Positions 9,867 through 21,507 are shown, numbered from the stretch's first letter. The stretch: DNA of 64,000 bases from Armatimonadota bacterium (GCA_038207085.1 JBBRAE010000015.1:1-64000), one strand, 5' to 3'. Numbers and translations are program-made. Notes: a model not told the origin generated them from the sequence alone.

Positions 9867-11177
9867 CTACACTATATCGTTCACGATGTTCTCAAGTAGC
9901 TCCTGGCGGCCGCTCTTGACCTCCGGCTCGCCGTTTGTGAGGGTGAACTGCTCAAGCTCCTCGAAGCCGACTTTGCGACCCTCGATCTCGCTTCCGATGC
10001 CTGCGTCCCAGCCCGCGTAACGCGCCTTGACGGCGTCCGCGATTCGACCATCTTCAATGATCTTCGCCGCGTTCTTCAGACCCCTCGCAAACGTGTCCAT
10101 CGCGCCAATGTGGGCGTAGAACAGGTCATCGAGGTCCGTCGACTGCCTGCGGACCTTGGCGTCGAAGTTCAGGCCGCCTGTGGTCAATCCGCCACCCTTG
10201 AGAATGGTGTACATCGCAAGCGTCGCGTCCTGGATGTCGGTCGGGAACTGGTCCGTGTCCCATCCGAGCATAGAGTCGCCCCGGTTGGCGTCGACCGAGC
10301 CCAGAATCCCGTTTGCCACACAGTATTCAAGCTCGTGCTGGAATGTGTGAGCGGCGAGCGTCGCGTGGTTGGCTTCGACGTTGATCTTGTAGTCGTTTGT
10401 GAGGCCATTCTTGATGAGAAAACCATGCACGGTCGAGCTGTCGAAGTCATACTGGTGCTTGGTCGGTTCTTTGGGCTTCGGCTCGATGTAGAGCTGGCCG
10501 ACGAAACCGATCTTCTTCTTGTAATCGACCGCCATCTGGAGGAAGATCGCGAGGTGGTCGAGTTCCCTGCCCATATCGGTGTTAAGAAGCGTCTCATAAC
10601 CCTCGCGACCGCCCCAGAAGACGTAACCCTGGCCGCCGAGTCGCTGTGTGACCTCCATCGCCTTCTTGACCTGACTTGCGGCGTAGGCGAAGATAGCGGG
10701 GGAGGGGTTGGTCGACGCGCCGGACATAAACCGCCTGTGGGAGAACGCGTTTGTTGTTCCCCAAAGGAGTTTCACGCCGGTGTCGCCCTGAAGCTTCTCG
10801 GCGAGGTCGACGATTTTGTCGAGCCGCTTGTTGGTCTCCGCGAGGTTATCTGCCTCGGGTGAAATGTCGCGATCGTGGAAGCACCAGAAGCCTACACCGA
10901 GCTTGGTGAAGAACTCAAACGCCGCGCGCATCGTCGCTTCGGCCGCTTCCATCGGGTCGCTTGGGGCGTCCCAGGGACGAATCAGCGTGCCGGGGCCGAA
11001 GGGGTCGCCGCCGGTGCCTTTGAAGGTGTGCCAGTAGGCGACGGCAAAGCGCAGGTGATCAGCCATCGACTTGCCGAGGATCTTCTCATCGGCGTTGTAG
11101 TGCTTGAATGCAAGCGGGTTCTTGGAATCTGCTCCCTCGAACTTGATCGTTGGAATATTCGGGAAAAACTCGGTCAT
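9867..11177 (-). CDS. xylA: Xylose isomerase (class II)
   Basis: [32 protein letters not shown] motifs. Confidence 0.98.
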   Translation of the reverse strand: MTEFFPNIPTIKFEGADSKNPLAFKHYNADEKILGKSMADHLRFAVAYWHTFKGTGGDPFGPGTLIRPWDAPSDPMEAAEATMRAAFEFFTKLGVGFWCFHDRDISPEADNLAETNKRLDKIVDLAEKLQGDTGVKLLWGTTNAFSHRRFMSGASTNPSPAIFAYAASQVKKAMEVTQRLGGQGYVFWGGREGYETLLNTDMGRELDHLAIFLQMAVDYKKKIGFVGQLYIEPKPKEPTKHQYDFDSSTVHGFLIKNGLTNDYKINVEANHATLAAHTFQHELEYCVANGILGSVDANRGDSMLGWDTDQFPTDIQDATLAMYTILKGGGLTTGGLNFDAKVRRQSTDLDDLFYAHIGAMDTFARGLKNAAKIIEDGRIADAVKARYAGWDAGIGSEIEGRKVGFEELEQFTLTNGEPEVKSGRQELLENIVNDIV

Positions 11178-11192
11178 ATGTTTTCTCCTTTG

Positions 11193-11906
11193 CTAGAAAT
11201 AAAGCTCCTCCAGTCCTCCGACTACTCCGGGCTTGCCGGGGAAGGGTACGCCTCGTGTCTTCATAGTGTTCTCAAGCGCGACGACTTCCTCACGGGCAAT
11301 CTCTTTGATCGGGAAACCTGCGGACTTCGCATGAATCAAGCTTAGCGCAGTGCCCTCAAGCACGTCGATCTGCCCGAAGGCGGCGATGATGTTCCCGGTC
11401 GAAAGCGCGATCACACCGTGGTTCTCCATGATAAAGGTGTTGTACCGGTCGAGATACGGCTTGAAGTTGTCGGCGAGCCGCTGAGTCAGTGGTTCAGCGT
11501 AGGGGACAACCGGGACTGGGCCGCACTCGATTATCGTCTCAGGGAAGTGCGGGCGCATGAGCAGGTTGTCGGCCGTAGAGATTGCAAATGCGCAAGCTGC
11601 GGGCGGGTGCGCATGGATTACGCTTTTGACGTCTGGGCGCTGCTTGAAAATCTGGAAATATATCGCCGTCTCGCCGGTAGGCTTGCGGTCGCTTTCCAGT
11701 GTTTCGCCTGCTGAGTTCACAAACACCATATCACAGTCGCGGACGAGCGCTTTGTAGAGCCGGGTGGGGGTGATCAGGAAAAGATCGTCATCAAGGCGCA
11801 TTGCGAGGTTGCCGCCTTCGCTCGTGACGAAACCCTTGTCGGCAAGCAGTCCACAGACCGCGATGCATCGCTCGATCTCACTTGCATACTTCTTTCGGAG
11901 ACTCAT
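11193..11906 (-). CDS. Class II aldolase/adducin family protein
   Basis: GGN, ITPT, HAHP, ENHG metal-binding motifs. Confidence 0.88.
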   Translation of the reverse strand: MSLRKKYASEIERCIAVCGLLADKGFVTSEGGNLAMRLDDDLFLITPTRLYKALVRDCDMVFVNSAGETLESDRKPTGETAIYFQIFKQRPDVKSVIHAHPPAACAFAISTADNLLMRPHFPETIIECGPVPVVPYAEPLTQRLADNFKPYLDRYNTFIMENHGVIALSTGNIIAAFGQIDVLEGTALSLIHAKSAGFPIKEIAREEVVALENTMKTRGVPFPGKPGVVGGLEELYF

Positions 11907-11966
11907 ACTTATACGAACCTTTCAGCGCAGTATCGGGCCATTTCCATATTCTGCTTAGAGTTCCGG

Positions 11967-13121
11967 CTAAGCCCGACTGTGAAACTTGTGGAATATGCGG
12001 GAAAATAGGGGAGGCTTGGGGGCCTCGACGACTGCGTCTTCAGTGCCGCGGAGCGGCGGATAGAACTCTAGCACGAGAAGCTGAATGCTGGCAGCGATCG
12101 GCACCGCGAGGATCATCCCCATCAGCCCGAACATCTGACCGCCGATCAAAAGGGCGAGGATCGCAAGCGCAGGATGAATTCCGACCGCCTTTCCGACGAT
12201 TCTCGGGGTGACGGCGTTGTCGAACACTTGGTTCAGCACAAGAATTGTCACGGCGACCCATGCGGCGATTATCGGATCGCCGGTGTTACTAACAAATGCG
12301 ATCAGCGAGACGAGCAGCAGTGTCGTGATCGTTCCAACATAGGGCACAAGAGAAAGCGCTCCGGCAACGGTGCCGAGCAGCACCGCATAGGGAACTCCCC
12401 ACAGCCCAAGCGCGACACCGCAGGCGATGCCGTAGAGAAATGCGACCGAAAGAAGCCCTCGCATATATGCGCCGAAAAGTCCTCCGACTGACCCGGCAAG
12501 CTCAGCCGTGCGCTCTCTGTAGGGCTCGGGGAAGACAAGCAGCGACTTCTGCTTGATTTTGTTGATGTCGGCGAGCAGAAAGACTGCGATGATCGGGATC
12601 AACACCAGCCATACAGCCTTGCCGATCAGTCCTGCAAGCGTGCTTGCGAGGCCGCTGAAAGACTTGGTGATCGCCGTCTGCGCCCGGTTGGATACTTCTG
12701 TTGTGATAGCCTGCGCGGTCGTCGGCAGGTGGAACCTCTTAAGAAGTCCCTGATGGCTGTTGGTAAAGGTCTCAAGCGCCCTCTGTCCCTGCTGATAGTA
12801 CCCCGGCAGGTTGCTCGCAAGTTCTGTAGCCTGTCCAGCTACGGCAGGCACGATGAACACGCCGAAGAGACCGACTGCGGCAAGAAACAGCACCGCAATG
12901 ATCGCCACTGACCACCCGCGGGCAAGTCCCCGCGCCTCAAGCCTCGAAATCGTAGGGTCGAGAAAGAGCGCAATCGCCACCGCAATGGAAAACGGGAGAA
13001 GCACGCTCAAAACGGGCTGAATAATAGGCTTGTAAGTAAGCGTGATGATGCCGAGTGCGGCGAGCACCGCGACGAGAGCAGCCGCCAAAGCCGTGACCCT
13101 AAGCCAGCTATTTGTGATCAT
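11967..13121 (-). CDS. AI-2E family transporter
   Basis: Polytopic membrane protein; VPYVG, PRIVGKAVGIHP, GMILAVP motifs. Confidence 0.9.
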   Translation of the reverse strand: MITNSWLRVTALAAALVAVLAALGIITLTYKPIIQPVLSVLLPFSIAVAIALFLDPTISRLEARGLARGWSVAIIAVLFLAAVGLFGVFIVPAVAGQATELASNLPGYYQQGQRALETFTNSHQGLLKRFHLPTTAQAITTEVSNRAQTAITKSFSGLASTLAGLIGKAVWLVLIPIIAVFLLADINKIKQKSLLVFPEPYRERTAELAGSVGGLFGAYMRGLLSVAFLYGIACGVALGLWGVPYAVLLGTVAGALSLVPYVGTITTLLLVSLIAFVSNTGDPIIAAWVAVTILVLNQVFDNAVTPRIVGKAVGIHPALAILALLIGGQMFGLMGMILAVPIAASIQLLVLEFYPPLRGTEDAVVEAPKPPLFSRIFHKFHSRA

Positions 13122-13266
13122 AAGTTGAGGCCCTAAAGAAGCAGTCTGTTAACAAGCACAACAATATCGACGGCGCTATCTGCGGCGTCTCCTAAAGGCT
13201 GGCGCGTAGCGCCACCGAAAACTTGCGCCGCGTCAGATATTCATCCGTCGCGGCGCACAAACAACC

Positions 13267-14055
13267 CTACGCGCTAAGAAGCTCTTTCAAGCGTTTCAGC
13301 GCCTTCTGCTGAAGCCGCGAGACGTGCATCTGTGAGATGTTCAGCCTCTTTGCGACCTCAGTCTGGCTCATATCCTTGAAGAACCTGTAGTAGATAATGG
13401 CCTTTTCCCTCGGTTCGAGGCTATCCATCGCTTGCTTCAGGTCTCCGTATGTTTCGATATTCTGCAGCGACCCATCAAGATCGCCGATAAACTCGGCAAG
13501 CGTGAGCGGCGCCGATTCCCCCTCGTGCGAAAGCTTGCTGTCGAGGGAAACGGTGTCATAAGCATTTCCAAGTTCGATCGCCTCAAGGGTCTCTTCCTCG
13601 GATGCGCCCACTTCACGCGCTATGTCCTGTATGGTAGGAGGCCTTCCGAGCCGTTGACTTAGCCGCTCGGCTGCCTTGTTAGCCGCAAGATTGAGCTCCT
13701 GCAGCCTTCTTGGCACCTTGAGGCTCCAGGCCTTGTCCCGGAAGTGACGCCTGATTTCGCCGACAATGGTAGGCGTTGCATACGTCGAGAACTTGGTGCC
13801 GCGTTCCGGGTCGAACCGGTCGATCGCGTTGATCAACCCGATAACCCCGACCTGCACCAGATCCTCAAGCGCCTCACCTCTATTGGCGAACTTACCAGCC
13901 AAAAAGCGCACCAGGTTTTGGTGCATAAGGACTAGATGATCGCGTACCTTGGAGTCGCGCGTCCTCGTGTACCTAAGGAACAGCTCTTCGGTGCTTTCCG
14001 CGGTCCAGTCGGCTGCGCCACCCTTTCTTCGCGTAACCATAGCTTTATCCTGCAT
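13267..14055 (-). CDS. SigB/SigF-family RNA polymerase sigma factor
   Basis: DLVQVGVIGLINAIDRFDP, YATPTIVGEIRRHFRDK, ISQMHVSRL. Confidence 0.95.
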   Translation of the reverse strand: MQDKAMVTRRKGGAADWTAESTEELFLRYTRTRDSKVRDHLVLMHQNLVRFLAGKFANRGEALEDLVQVGVIGLINAIDRFDPERGTKFSTYATPTIVGEIRRHFRDKAWSLKVPRRLQELNLAANKAAERLSQRLGRPPTIQDIAREVGASEEETLEAIELGNAYDTVSLDSKLSHEGESAPLTLAEFIGDLDGSLQNIETYGDLKQAMDSLEPREKAIIYYRFFKDMSQTEVAKRLNISQMHVSRLQQKALKRLKELLSA

Positions 14056-14461
14056 ATTTGATCATTCTGACCTGAGTGCCGCTATCCTGAGACGTGATAG
14101 TCACTTCATCGACCAGAAGAGTTATTAAGAGAGCTCCGAGATTCTCCGGGTCATATTCTGCCCCGCTGTCGGATGTCTCTTCGCGTCTCTCTCCCGCACC
14201 ATCGATGATGTCCACCATCAGTTTGTCATCAGTAATGCTGCTTTTGACGATGATATCCGTGCCGTGTCTGCCGTTCTTGGATGCCCATTCGACAGAAGTC
14301 GTACACGCTTCGCCGACAGCAAGACGCACATCCTCCACTTGATCATAGGAGAACTTCATCCTGCTCGCGACGCCAAGTATTGCCAACCTGGCAACGCCTA
14401 CATATTCGGGCTTGCACGGAATCTTGAGTTCTACGATTGCAGGCTCGCCGTTAGCTTCCAC
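14045..14461 (-). CDS. RsbW/SpoIIAB-like anti-sigma factor with degenerate ATP-binding boxes
   Basis: PEYVGVARL, DVRLAVGEAC; lies between STAS and sigma genes. Confidence 0.85.
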   Translation of the reverse strand: MEANGEPAIVELKIPCKPEYVGVARLAILGVASRMKFSYDQVEDVRLAVGEACTTSVEWASKNGRHGTDIIVKSSITDDKLMVDIIDGAGERREETSDSGAEYDPENLGALLITLLVDEVTITSQDSGTQVRMIKYAG

Positions 14462-14538
14462 CCAACCACGCTCCCTTCATACCAACAGCCGGCGACATGC
14501 CGAGCTGATATTCAACTTTCAATGTTAGAATACAAACG

Positions 14539-14892
14539 TTAACGAGCAACGCGAATACCCGCCTTAGCTTCGTCAGCGCTCGAATAGATATCGAATATCT
14601 TGTCGAGTCCGGTAATCTCGAATACCCGGCGGATTCTTGGGTTCGGGCAAATGAGCGAGAGGTTGCCGTCGCGCTCCCTGATCCTTTTGAGCCCGCCTAT
14701 CAGCACGCCGAGGGCAGTGCTGTCGAAGTAATCGACCTTTGTGAGGTCTACGACCATCTGCTTGGTTCCTGACTCCAGCAGCGTAATCATCTGCTGCTTG
14801 AGTTGCGGTGCCGTGTAGACATCCACCTCACCTTCGAGTTCGATCACAGGAACATCCGCTTCAAGGTTTTCAGTCTCTATTTTGAAGTTCAC
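14539..14892 (-). CDS. RsbV-like anti-anti-sigma factor (STAS)
   Basis: GEVDVYTAP, YFDSTALG, FEITGL; GTG start at 14892 after GAGGTG. Confidence 0.92.
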   Translation of the reverse strand: MNFKIETENLEADVPVIELEGEVDVYTAPQLKQQMITLLESGTKQMVVDLTKVDYFDSTALGVLIGGLKRIRERDGNLSLICPNPRIRRVFEITGLDKIFDIYSSADEAKAGIRVAR

Positions 14893-15010
14893 TAGAATAT
14901 CACCTCGATCTGACACAAGCGCGCGATGGTCTGCGCACTGGTCTATTCTCATTTCCCATAGAAATACCTACGGGTTTCTACCGCTCAATCGTTCCCACCG
15001 GAGAGGTTGT

Positions 15011-15310
15011 TCAACCCTCCTGCGGGGCCTCTGGCATTTCTTCAGTAACATTTCGTTTCTGCACGGCATCGCGACCCGCGTCATATGCCTGCTGCACCTT
15101 GATCTTGGCGGTGTCCATCAGCTCAGTGCTTTTCTTCCGCAGATCATCGGTAGACTTGGAAAGATCCTGCGCGGCCTTCTTCAGGTCATCGCGGGTTTCC
15201 AGCCCGGACTTTGGCGCAAGTAAAAGAGCAGTCGCTGCGCCAATAATCGCGCCAACGCCGATTCCAGCAAGAAAATTAGTTACTACACTTCTCTCTTCGT
15301 TATCAGACAT
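15011..15310 (-). CDS. YtxH-like general stress protein
   Basis: GAIIGAATALLLAPKSGLETR motif. Confidence 0.88.
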   Translation of the reverse strand: MSDNEERSVVTNFLAGIGVGAIIGAATALLLAPKSGLETRDDLKKAAQDLSKSTDDLRKKSTELMDTAKIKVQQAYDAGRDAVQKRNVTEEMPEAPQEG

Positions 15311-15746
15311 TTTCCGAACCCTCCTTGGTAGATGGCGGTTTTTGCCATTTACGTTCTTCAGTAGTACCTGACGGGCTTTTAAGCGCCCTCAGGACTTCGA
15401 TAGTTCCCATCAAAACACGTCCGATAGTCAGCTTGCCACTTTGGACGGTCTTAACCGCAACCTCTGCGACCGCAGCACCGGAGATGAGCCTATCAGTGGA
15501 ACGCAATACTGAGTCTACCCGATCCAGCTCCATCTCAGCGCGCGTAGCCACAAGTTCGATGCTGTGCAGGGCGTCCTCTGTGGCGTCAAGCACCCCAGGG
15601 AGCTTTTCGGCTATCGTGCCAAGCGCCTGATCGGCGGCGTCAGCGGTTTTTGACACTCTTTGAAACACAAAAACCGCGCCCACAACGAGTGCAACAAGTA
15701 TCAGGCTATTTAGCACTACAAGCGTTACTATCAATCCAGTGAGCAC
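15303..15746 (-). CDS. DUF948/YoxC-like membrane-anchored coiled-coil protein
   Basis: N-terminal TM then amphipathic helices, next to ytxH; GTG at 15746 after AGGAGG. Confidence 0.65.
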   Translation of the reverse strand: MLTGLIVTLVVLNSLILVALVVGAVFVFQRVSKTADAADQALGTIAEKLPGVLDATEDALHSIELVATRAEMELDRVDSVLRSTDRLISGAAVAEVAVKTVQSGKLTIGRVLMGTIEVLRALKSPSGTTEERKWQKPPSTKEGSENV

Positions 15747-16840
15747 GGTTCCTCCTGCGGCACGATGACTCCGCCGCCTACCACAACATCGTCGTGATAC
15801 CAAACTACAGCCTGGCCCGGTGTAATGGCACGCTGAGGCTCATCAAACACCACCTCTGCACTGTCATCCCCAAGCGAGCGGACTACCGCCGCCGAGTTTG
15901 AGGCATTATACCTGATCTTGCTAGTAACGGCAAGGGTAGCTGGCAGGCTTTCTATCGATATCATATTAATATTTTCCGCGACCAGTTTGGATGCAAACAG
16001 ATCTGCGTCCGTCCCGACTACGACAGTGTTCGTCCTGTGATCGATACGCACGACATAAGTCGGCTTGCCGGTTGCGATTCCGAGGCGCTTTCGCTGACCT
16101 ATGGTAAAAAACGCGATTCCTTTATGCTCGCCCAGTGTCTTGCCCGAAACGTCGATGATCGGGCCGGGCTGCACGAGCTCCGGGGCGACTTTGGCAAGAA
16201 ACCCCCGATAATCTTTGTCCGGAACAAAACAAATCTCCTGGCTGTCGGGCTTGTCAGCGACGAGCAGTCCGAGTTCTGCCGCCATCTGCCTGATCTCAGG
16301 CTTGCTCTTCTCTCCGACTGGGAAAAGCGTTCGCGCGAGCTGTTCCTGTGTAAGTCTGTATAGTGCGTAGGACTGATCCTTAGACTTACTCGCACCGCGA
16401 AGCAGGAGCCATCGTCCCGTCTCTTCGTTCTGCGCGACTCTGGCATAATGCCCGGTCGCTATCTTATCAGCCCCTACAGTTAATGCCCAATTGAGCAGCG
16501 CGTCAAACTTCACAAACTCATTGCATCGCACGCACGGGTTCGGCGTTCGGCCCCGTTTGTACTCGCTTACAAAGTCCTCAATGACCGTTTCTCGAAAAAT
16601 GTCCTGCATCGGGACGACCATGTGCCTGATGCGAAGCTTGGACGCGACCCGCTTGGCGTCCTCGATCGTCTCAAGGCTGCAACAGCCGCCGCTTGAGTCT
16701 TCCTGCATGTCCCGGAGAAGACACATCGTCACTCCGATGACCTCGTAGCCCTGCTCCAGGAGTATCGCCGCCGCGACCGAGCTATCAACGCCGCCGCTCA
16801 TCGCGACGACCACCGGCCTGCGAGCGCTTGTTCCTGCCAT
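15731..16840 (-). CDS. mnmA: tRNA 2-thiouridylase MnmA
   Basis: AMSGGVDSS, TPNPCVRCN, KDQSY, DSQEICF. Confidence 0.97.
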   Translation of the reverse strand: MAGTSARRPVVVAMSGGVDSSVAAAILLEQGYEVIGVTMCLLRDMQEDSSGGCCSLETIEDAKRVASKLRIRHMVVPMQDIFRETVIEDFVSEYKRGRTPNPCVRCNEFVKFDALLNWALTVGADKIATGHYARVAQNEETGRWLLLRGASKSKDQSYALYRLTQEQLARTLFPVGEKSKPEIRQMAAELGLLVADKPDSQEICFVPDKDYRGFLAKVAPELVQPGPIIDVSGKTLGEHKGIAFFTIGQRKRLGIATGKPTYVVRIDHRTNTVVVGTDADLFASKLVAENINMISIESLPATLAVTSKIRYNASNSAAVVRSLGDDSAEVVFDEPQRAITPGQAVVWYHDDVVVGGGVIVPQEEPCSLD

Positions 16841-16843
16841 TAC

Positions 16844-18181
16844 CTATTGTCCTTCTGTGTCCGGCTCGGTCCTGCCGAGCGATTCCAGCCGCTTTTTGAA
16901 TTTCGCCTCATGCCCGCGATCTGTAGGCTCATAATACGTCTGGCTTTTCATGCCCTTGGGCACATAATCTTGTTCCACGTGGCCTCCGGGGTAGTCGTGC
17001 GGGTATTTGTACCCCTTTCCGTGGCCGAGTTTCTTCGCTCCGGAGTAAGACGTGTCCCTGAGGTAGATAGGCACCGGCGGCGGCTGATGTTCTGAAACGT
17101 CCTTCATCGCCCTGTTGATCGCGACGTAGCTTGCGTTGCTTTTCGGAGCGCATGCGAGGTAGACCACGGCTTGGGCAAGTGGAATCTTTGCCTCGGGCAT
17201 CCCGACGAACATCACGGCCTGCGCTGCGGCATTTGCGACAACCAGCGCCATCGGGTCGGCGTTCCCGACGTCTTCAGATGCCTGGATGACTACCCTGCGG
17301 GCAATGAACTTGGGGTCTTCACCGGCGTAGAGCATCCGCGCGAGCCAGTAGAGCGCCGCGTCCGGGTCCGAGCCGCGCATGGACTTGATAAACGCTGAGA
17401 TTGTGTCGTAGTGGTTATCGCCGTTCTTGTCGTAGCTCAGCACTCTCTGCTGCGCGGCCTCTTCGGCGATATCGATGGTAACGTGCCGCACGCCCAGAGA
17501 GTCGGGTGGGGTGGTCATCACGCACATCTCAAGCGAGTTGAGCGCGCTTCGGGCGTCGCCGTTTGCTACGTCGATGAGGTGATCGATGGTCTCCGGCTCG
17601 ATCTCCACCTTGAACCCGCCAAGCCCGCGCTCGGGGTCCAAAAGCGCTTGGTCGATAATCGTCTTGATGCTATCGTTCGTCAGCCTCTCGAAGCGAAATA
17701 TGCGCGAGCGCGAGATCAGTGGAGAGTTGACTTCGAAATATGGGTTTTCGGTCGTCGCGCCGATCAGCACGATCGTCCCTGCCTCAACGTGCGGGAGGAA
17801 GGCGTCCTGCTGGGCTTTGTTGAAACGGTGAATCTCGTCGACGAAGAGAATGGTCTTCTCTCCGTAGACCTTGCGCCGTTCGGCGGCCCGCTCGACGGCT
17901 TTACGCACGTCGGCTATGCCTGAGATGACTGCGCTGAAGTTCTCAAAAACCGCCTTGCTGGTGTTTGCGATGATCCCCGCAAGCGTGCTCTTGCCGCACC
18001 CCGGAGGCCCCCAGAATATGACTGATGTAAGCTCATCGCGCTCGATCGCCCGTCTGAGCAGGTTCCCCGGCCCGAGAATATGCTCCTGCCCGACGAACTC
18101 ATCGAGCGTCCGAGGCCGCATTCGCGCCGCAAGCGGCTGACCGCCCGTGTTGTCAGTTGTTTCTTCAAATAATTGTGCCAT
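16844..18181 (-). CDS. rarA: Replication-associated recombination protein RarA/MgsA
   Basis: PLAARMRP, GPPGCGKS, DEIHRFNKAQQD, SEDVGNADP. Confidence 0.97.
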   Translation of the reverse strand: MAQLFEETTDNTGGQPLAARMRPRTLDEFVGQEHILGPGNLLRRAIERDELTSVIFWGPPGCGKSTLAGIIANTSKAVFENFSAVISGIADVRKAVERAAERRKVYGEKTILFVDEIHRFNKAQQDAFLPHVEAGTIVLIGATTENPYFEVNSPLISRSRIFRFERLTNDSIKTIIDQALLDPERGLGGFKVEIEPETIDHLIDVANGDARSALNSLEMCVMTTPPDSLGVRHVTIDIAEEAAQQRVLSYDKNGDNHYDTISAFIKSMRGSDPDAALYWLARMLYAGEDPKFIARRVVIQASEDVGNADPMALVVANAAAQAVMFVGMPEAKIPLAQAVVYLACAPKSNASYVAINRAMKDVSEHQPPPVPIYLRDTSYSGAKKLGHGKGYKYPHDYPGGHVEQDYVPKGMKSQTYYEPTDRGHEAKFKKRLESLGRTEPDTEGQ

Positions 18182-18272
18182 AAGTCTCTACTTGGAAGTT
18201 TCTACCAATATATATACGCGACCGGCGGCGATATTCCTCGCGGGCGGGCAGAGATATAGTGAAGATGAGTGG

Positions 18273-18932
18273 TTATCTGTTACGCGCCATCTCGTCTCGT
18301 TGCTTGCGGAGCAAATCTATGACCTCGGTGTCGCTCGTCTGCAGGAAGTCGTGATACCAGTGACCAACCGCAAGGAACGGAGTCGGGGTTGTGACTGCGT
18401 AGAAGGCGTCCACCATCCGGGAGAGCGTTTCCGCGCCTTCGGGGGCGGCGACGGGTACGGCGAGCACGATTTCCTTTGGTTCGAGCCGCTTTAGACCAAC
18501 GACCGCAGCCTGCATCGTGTAGCCGGTCGCGATGCCGTCGTCGACTATGATGATCGTTCGCCCCGTCACGTCCGGTGGGGTCGAATCCCCTCTATAGAGC
18601 ACCAGTCTGCGGTCGATCTCATCAAGCTGGCTCTCGATTTCTCGCTCGATATAGTCGTAGGTGACGCCGAGCACGCGTATCGCGCGCTTGTCCAGGATCG
18701 CTTCGTGGTTGCCCCATGCCGAAATCGCGCCGATCGCGAGTTCCGGCTCCTGCGGTGCGCCAAGCTTTCTTGGGACGATCACGTCAAGCTCAAGGCCAAG
18801 GGCGCGCGCGACTTCGTAGCCGACCACGACCCCGCCTCTTGGGATGGCGAGCGCCAAAGCGTCGCTGCCCGAGTATTTCCCGAGCAGCGACGCCAGTTTT
18901 TGTCCGGCTTCTCGTCTATCTTCAAAGACCAT
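18273..18932 (-). CDS. Phosphoribosyltransferase family protein
   Basis: FEDRREAG, PRGGV, VDDGIATG motifs. Confidence 0.9.
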   Translation of the reverse strand: MVFEDRREAGQKLASLLGKYSGSDALALAIPRGGVVVGYEVARALGLELDVIVPRKLGAPQEPELAIGAISAWGNHEAILDKRAIRVLGVTYDYIEREIESQLDEIDRRLVLYRGDSTPPDVTGRTIIIVDDGIATGYTMQAAVVGLKRLEPKEIVLAVPVAAPEGAETLSRMVDAFYAVTTPTPFLAVGHWYHDFLQTSDTEVIDLLRKQRDEMARNR

Positions 18933-18940
18933 TGGGCGAT

Positions 18941-21415
18941 TTACACCGCTACAGTTGCCTTCTTTCGCTTGTTCGACGACTTGCTCGCTCCGTTTTCCGG
19001 CTCAAGCGCGGTTTCCAGCACCTGTGCGATGTCGTCAGCGTAAACGAACTCAAGCTCCCTGCGGATCTCCTCCGGAATGTCTTCCAATACGTCTTTCTTG
19101 TTCTCGCTTGGGACTATGATGGTGCTAAGTCCCGCTCGCTTTGCGGCAAGCGACTTCTCTTTGATCCCACCTATCGGGAGCACCTTGCCGCGAAGCGTGA
19201 TCTCACCAGTCATCGCCACTTCGCTTCGCACCTTGCGCCCTGTTAGAAGCGACGCAAGCGCCGTCACCATGGTAATACCCGCTGAAGGGCCATCTTTAGG
19301 TATCGCGCCGGCCGGAACATGCAAATGTATGTCAGACTTTGCGAAGAATTCTTTATCAATCTTCAACTGGTCTGCATGCGACCTGATATATGAAAGCGCA
19401 GCCTGTGCCGACTCTTTCATAACGTCACCTAGCTGTCCGGTGAGGGTGAGCGTTTTGCCTCCGGACATCCTCGTCGCCTCTACAAAGAGCACGTCGCCGC
19501 CGACCGGGGTCCAGGCAAGGCCAATTGCAACGCCGGGTTCGGATACTCGTCCCCGAAGTTCTTCAAAGAGATACCTTGGAGAACCCAGATACTTTCGCAC
19601 CTGATCAATCGTCACTTCGACCGGCTCCGTGCGCCCTTCGGCGAACTCTCGCGTCGCTTTGCGGCAGATGGAGGCGATCTCACGCTCCAGGTTTCGCACA
19701 CCGGCCTCGCGGGTGAACCCTCGGATGATATCAAGCACCGCGTCATCGGTGAACGAGATATGCTCGTCCGACTTGATGCCGTGCTCCTCAAGCTGCTTTG
19801 GTATCAAATGGCGTTTGGCGATCTGGAGCTTTTCAACCTCAGTGTAGCCGGGTAGCTCAAGAATCTCCATTCTGTCCCTAAGCGGCGGCAGGATGGTGTC
19901 GAGCATGTTCGCTGTCGTGATAAAGAGCACTTTCGAGAGATCATACGGCACTTCCAGATAGTGGTCTCTAAACGTCGAGTTCTGCTCGGGGTCGAGTACC
20001 TCAAGTAGCGCCGAGCTTGGGTCACCCCGGAAGTCTGCGCCGACTTTATCTATCTCGTCGAGCATAAATAGTGGGTTGTTCGAGCCCGCGCGGCGAATGC
20101 TCTGCACGACTTGGCCCGGAAGCGCGCCGATGTAGGTGCGCCTGTGCCCCCTGATCTCGGCCTCGTCGCGAATGCCGCCGAGCGACATCCGAATGAAGTT
20201 GCGTCCGATGGCACGAGCGATCGACTTGCCAAGGGATGTCTTGCCCACTCCGGGAGGTCCCACAAAGCAGAGTATCGGGTGGCGCATCGTGCCTTCGGTC
20301 TTGAACTTTCTGACCGAGAGATACTCAAGTATCCTGTCTTTTACTTTCTCAAGGCCGAAGTGGTCCTCGTCGAGTATTCTCTTCACCTCTGGGATGTCGA
20401 GGTTGTCCTCGGTCGCTATGTTCCAGGGAAGGGAAACGAGCCAGTCGATGTACGTGCGTGCGACGGTATACTCAGGCGCGGCGGGAGGCATTCGGTTCAG
20501 CCTCTCCATCTCACGCTGGGCCTCTTTTTCGGCTTCCGGCGGGAGCCCGACTTTTCTGATCTTTTCGCGAAGTTCCTCAAGCTCGGCTGCGCGTTCGTCG
20601 CCTTCGCCCAGTTCGCGCTGGATCGCCTTCATCTGCTCTCTCAGATAATACTCGCGCTGGGTCTTGCCAAGCTCCTGATGCACCTGCGACTGGATCTTGC
20701 TCCCGAGCTCAAGCACCTGGGCCTCGCGAATCAGAATCGTGAGAAGCTTCTGCAGCCGCTCTCTTATCCCGACGGTCTCAAGCAGGTCCTGCTTTTCTAT
20801 CACGGGCACCGGCAGGTGAAGCGCGATTGTGTTTGCGAGAATGTCGGGCTTGGTGATGGCGTTTGAGATGTTCTCAAGCTCGTCCGGAAGCTCCGGGGAG
20901 AGCGATACAACCTTCTGAAACGCGGTTGCGACGTTCCTGCGAAGCGCCTCGACCTCCATCTCCTCTTCGGGCTTCCAGTCCACCACATCGGGCATCTCTT
21001 CGACTTTTACCTTGAAATACGGGTCGCTTTGGATCATCTCTTTGATCCTGATGCGCTTCAACCCCTGAACGATCAGGCGCTGACCGTCGGGAAGTCGGAG
21101 CATCGTGTGTATGACCGCTGCACATCCTACTTGATAGAGCTCATCGAACTTCGGCGATTCGGCTGACGCATCGCGCCTGGCGATGACTCCGATTATCCTC
21201 GACTCGCTTACGACCACGTCGTCTACGAGTTTCATCGAGTTCTCTTTTGCGACCAGAAGCGGCATCACTACCGACGGAAACAGGGCTGCATCGTTAAGAG
21301 GAAGCAGGCTAAGAGTGTCAGGGACCGTGTGAGAGTGGTCCATCATCTCTGACTCTTCTGCAGTCCCTTCCATTACTTCGATTTCAATCTCTTCCTTCTT
21401 CACCTTTTTTCTCAT
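18941..21415 (-). CDS. lon: ATP-dependent protease La
   Basis: [24 protein letters not shown] catalytic Ser; start at 21415 or slightly upstream. Confidence 0.97.
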   Translation of the reverse strand: MRKKVKKEEIEIEVMEGTAEESEMMDHSHTVPDTLSLLPLNDAALFPSVVMPLLVAKENSMKLVDDVVVSESRIIGVIARRDASAESPKFDELYQVGCAAVIHTMLRLPDGQRLIVQGLKRIRIKEMIQSDPYFKVKVEEMPDVVDWKPEEEMEVEALRRNVATAFQKVVSLSPELPDELENISNAITKPDILANTIALHLPVPVIEKQDLLETVGIRERLQKLLTILIREAQVLELGSKIQSQVHQELGKTQREYYLREQMKAIQRELGEGDERAAELEELREKIRKVGLPPEAEKEAQREMERLNRMPPAAPEYTVARTYIDWLVSLPWNIATEDNLDIPEVKRILDEDHFGLEKVKDRILEYLSVRKFKTEGTMRHPILCFVGPPGVGKTSLGKSIARAIGRNFIRMSLGGIRDEAEIRGHRRTYIGALPGQVVQSIRRAGSNNPLFMLDEIDKVGADFRGDPSSALLEVLDPEQNSTFRDHYLEVPYDLSKVLFITTANMLDTILPPLRDRMEILELPGYTEVEKLQIAKRHLIPKQLEEHGIKSDEHISFTDDAVLDIIRGFTREAGVRNLEREIASICRKATREFAEGRTEPVEVTIDQVRKYLGSPRYLFEELRGRVSEPGVAIGLAWTPVGGDVLFVEATRMSGGKTLTLTGQLGDVMKESAQAALSYIRSHADQLKIDKEFFAKSDIHLHVPAGAIPKDGPSAGITMVTALASLLTGRKVRSEVAMTGEITLRGKVLPIGGIKEKSLAAKRAGLSTIIVPSENKKDVLEDIPEEIRRELEFVYADDIAQVLETALEPENGASKSSNKRKKATVAV

Positions 21416-21507
21416 ATCCGGCTCCAAATCTAGCTGCACGTGCAGCAATCGCTAAGATGCGCGTGCGCGCACAGAGCGTTATCGTCTCGTGGCTTACAAA
21501 TATTCGA

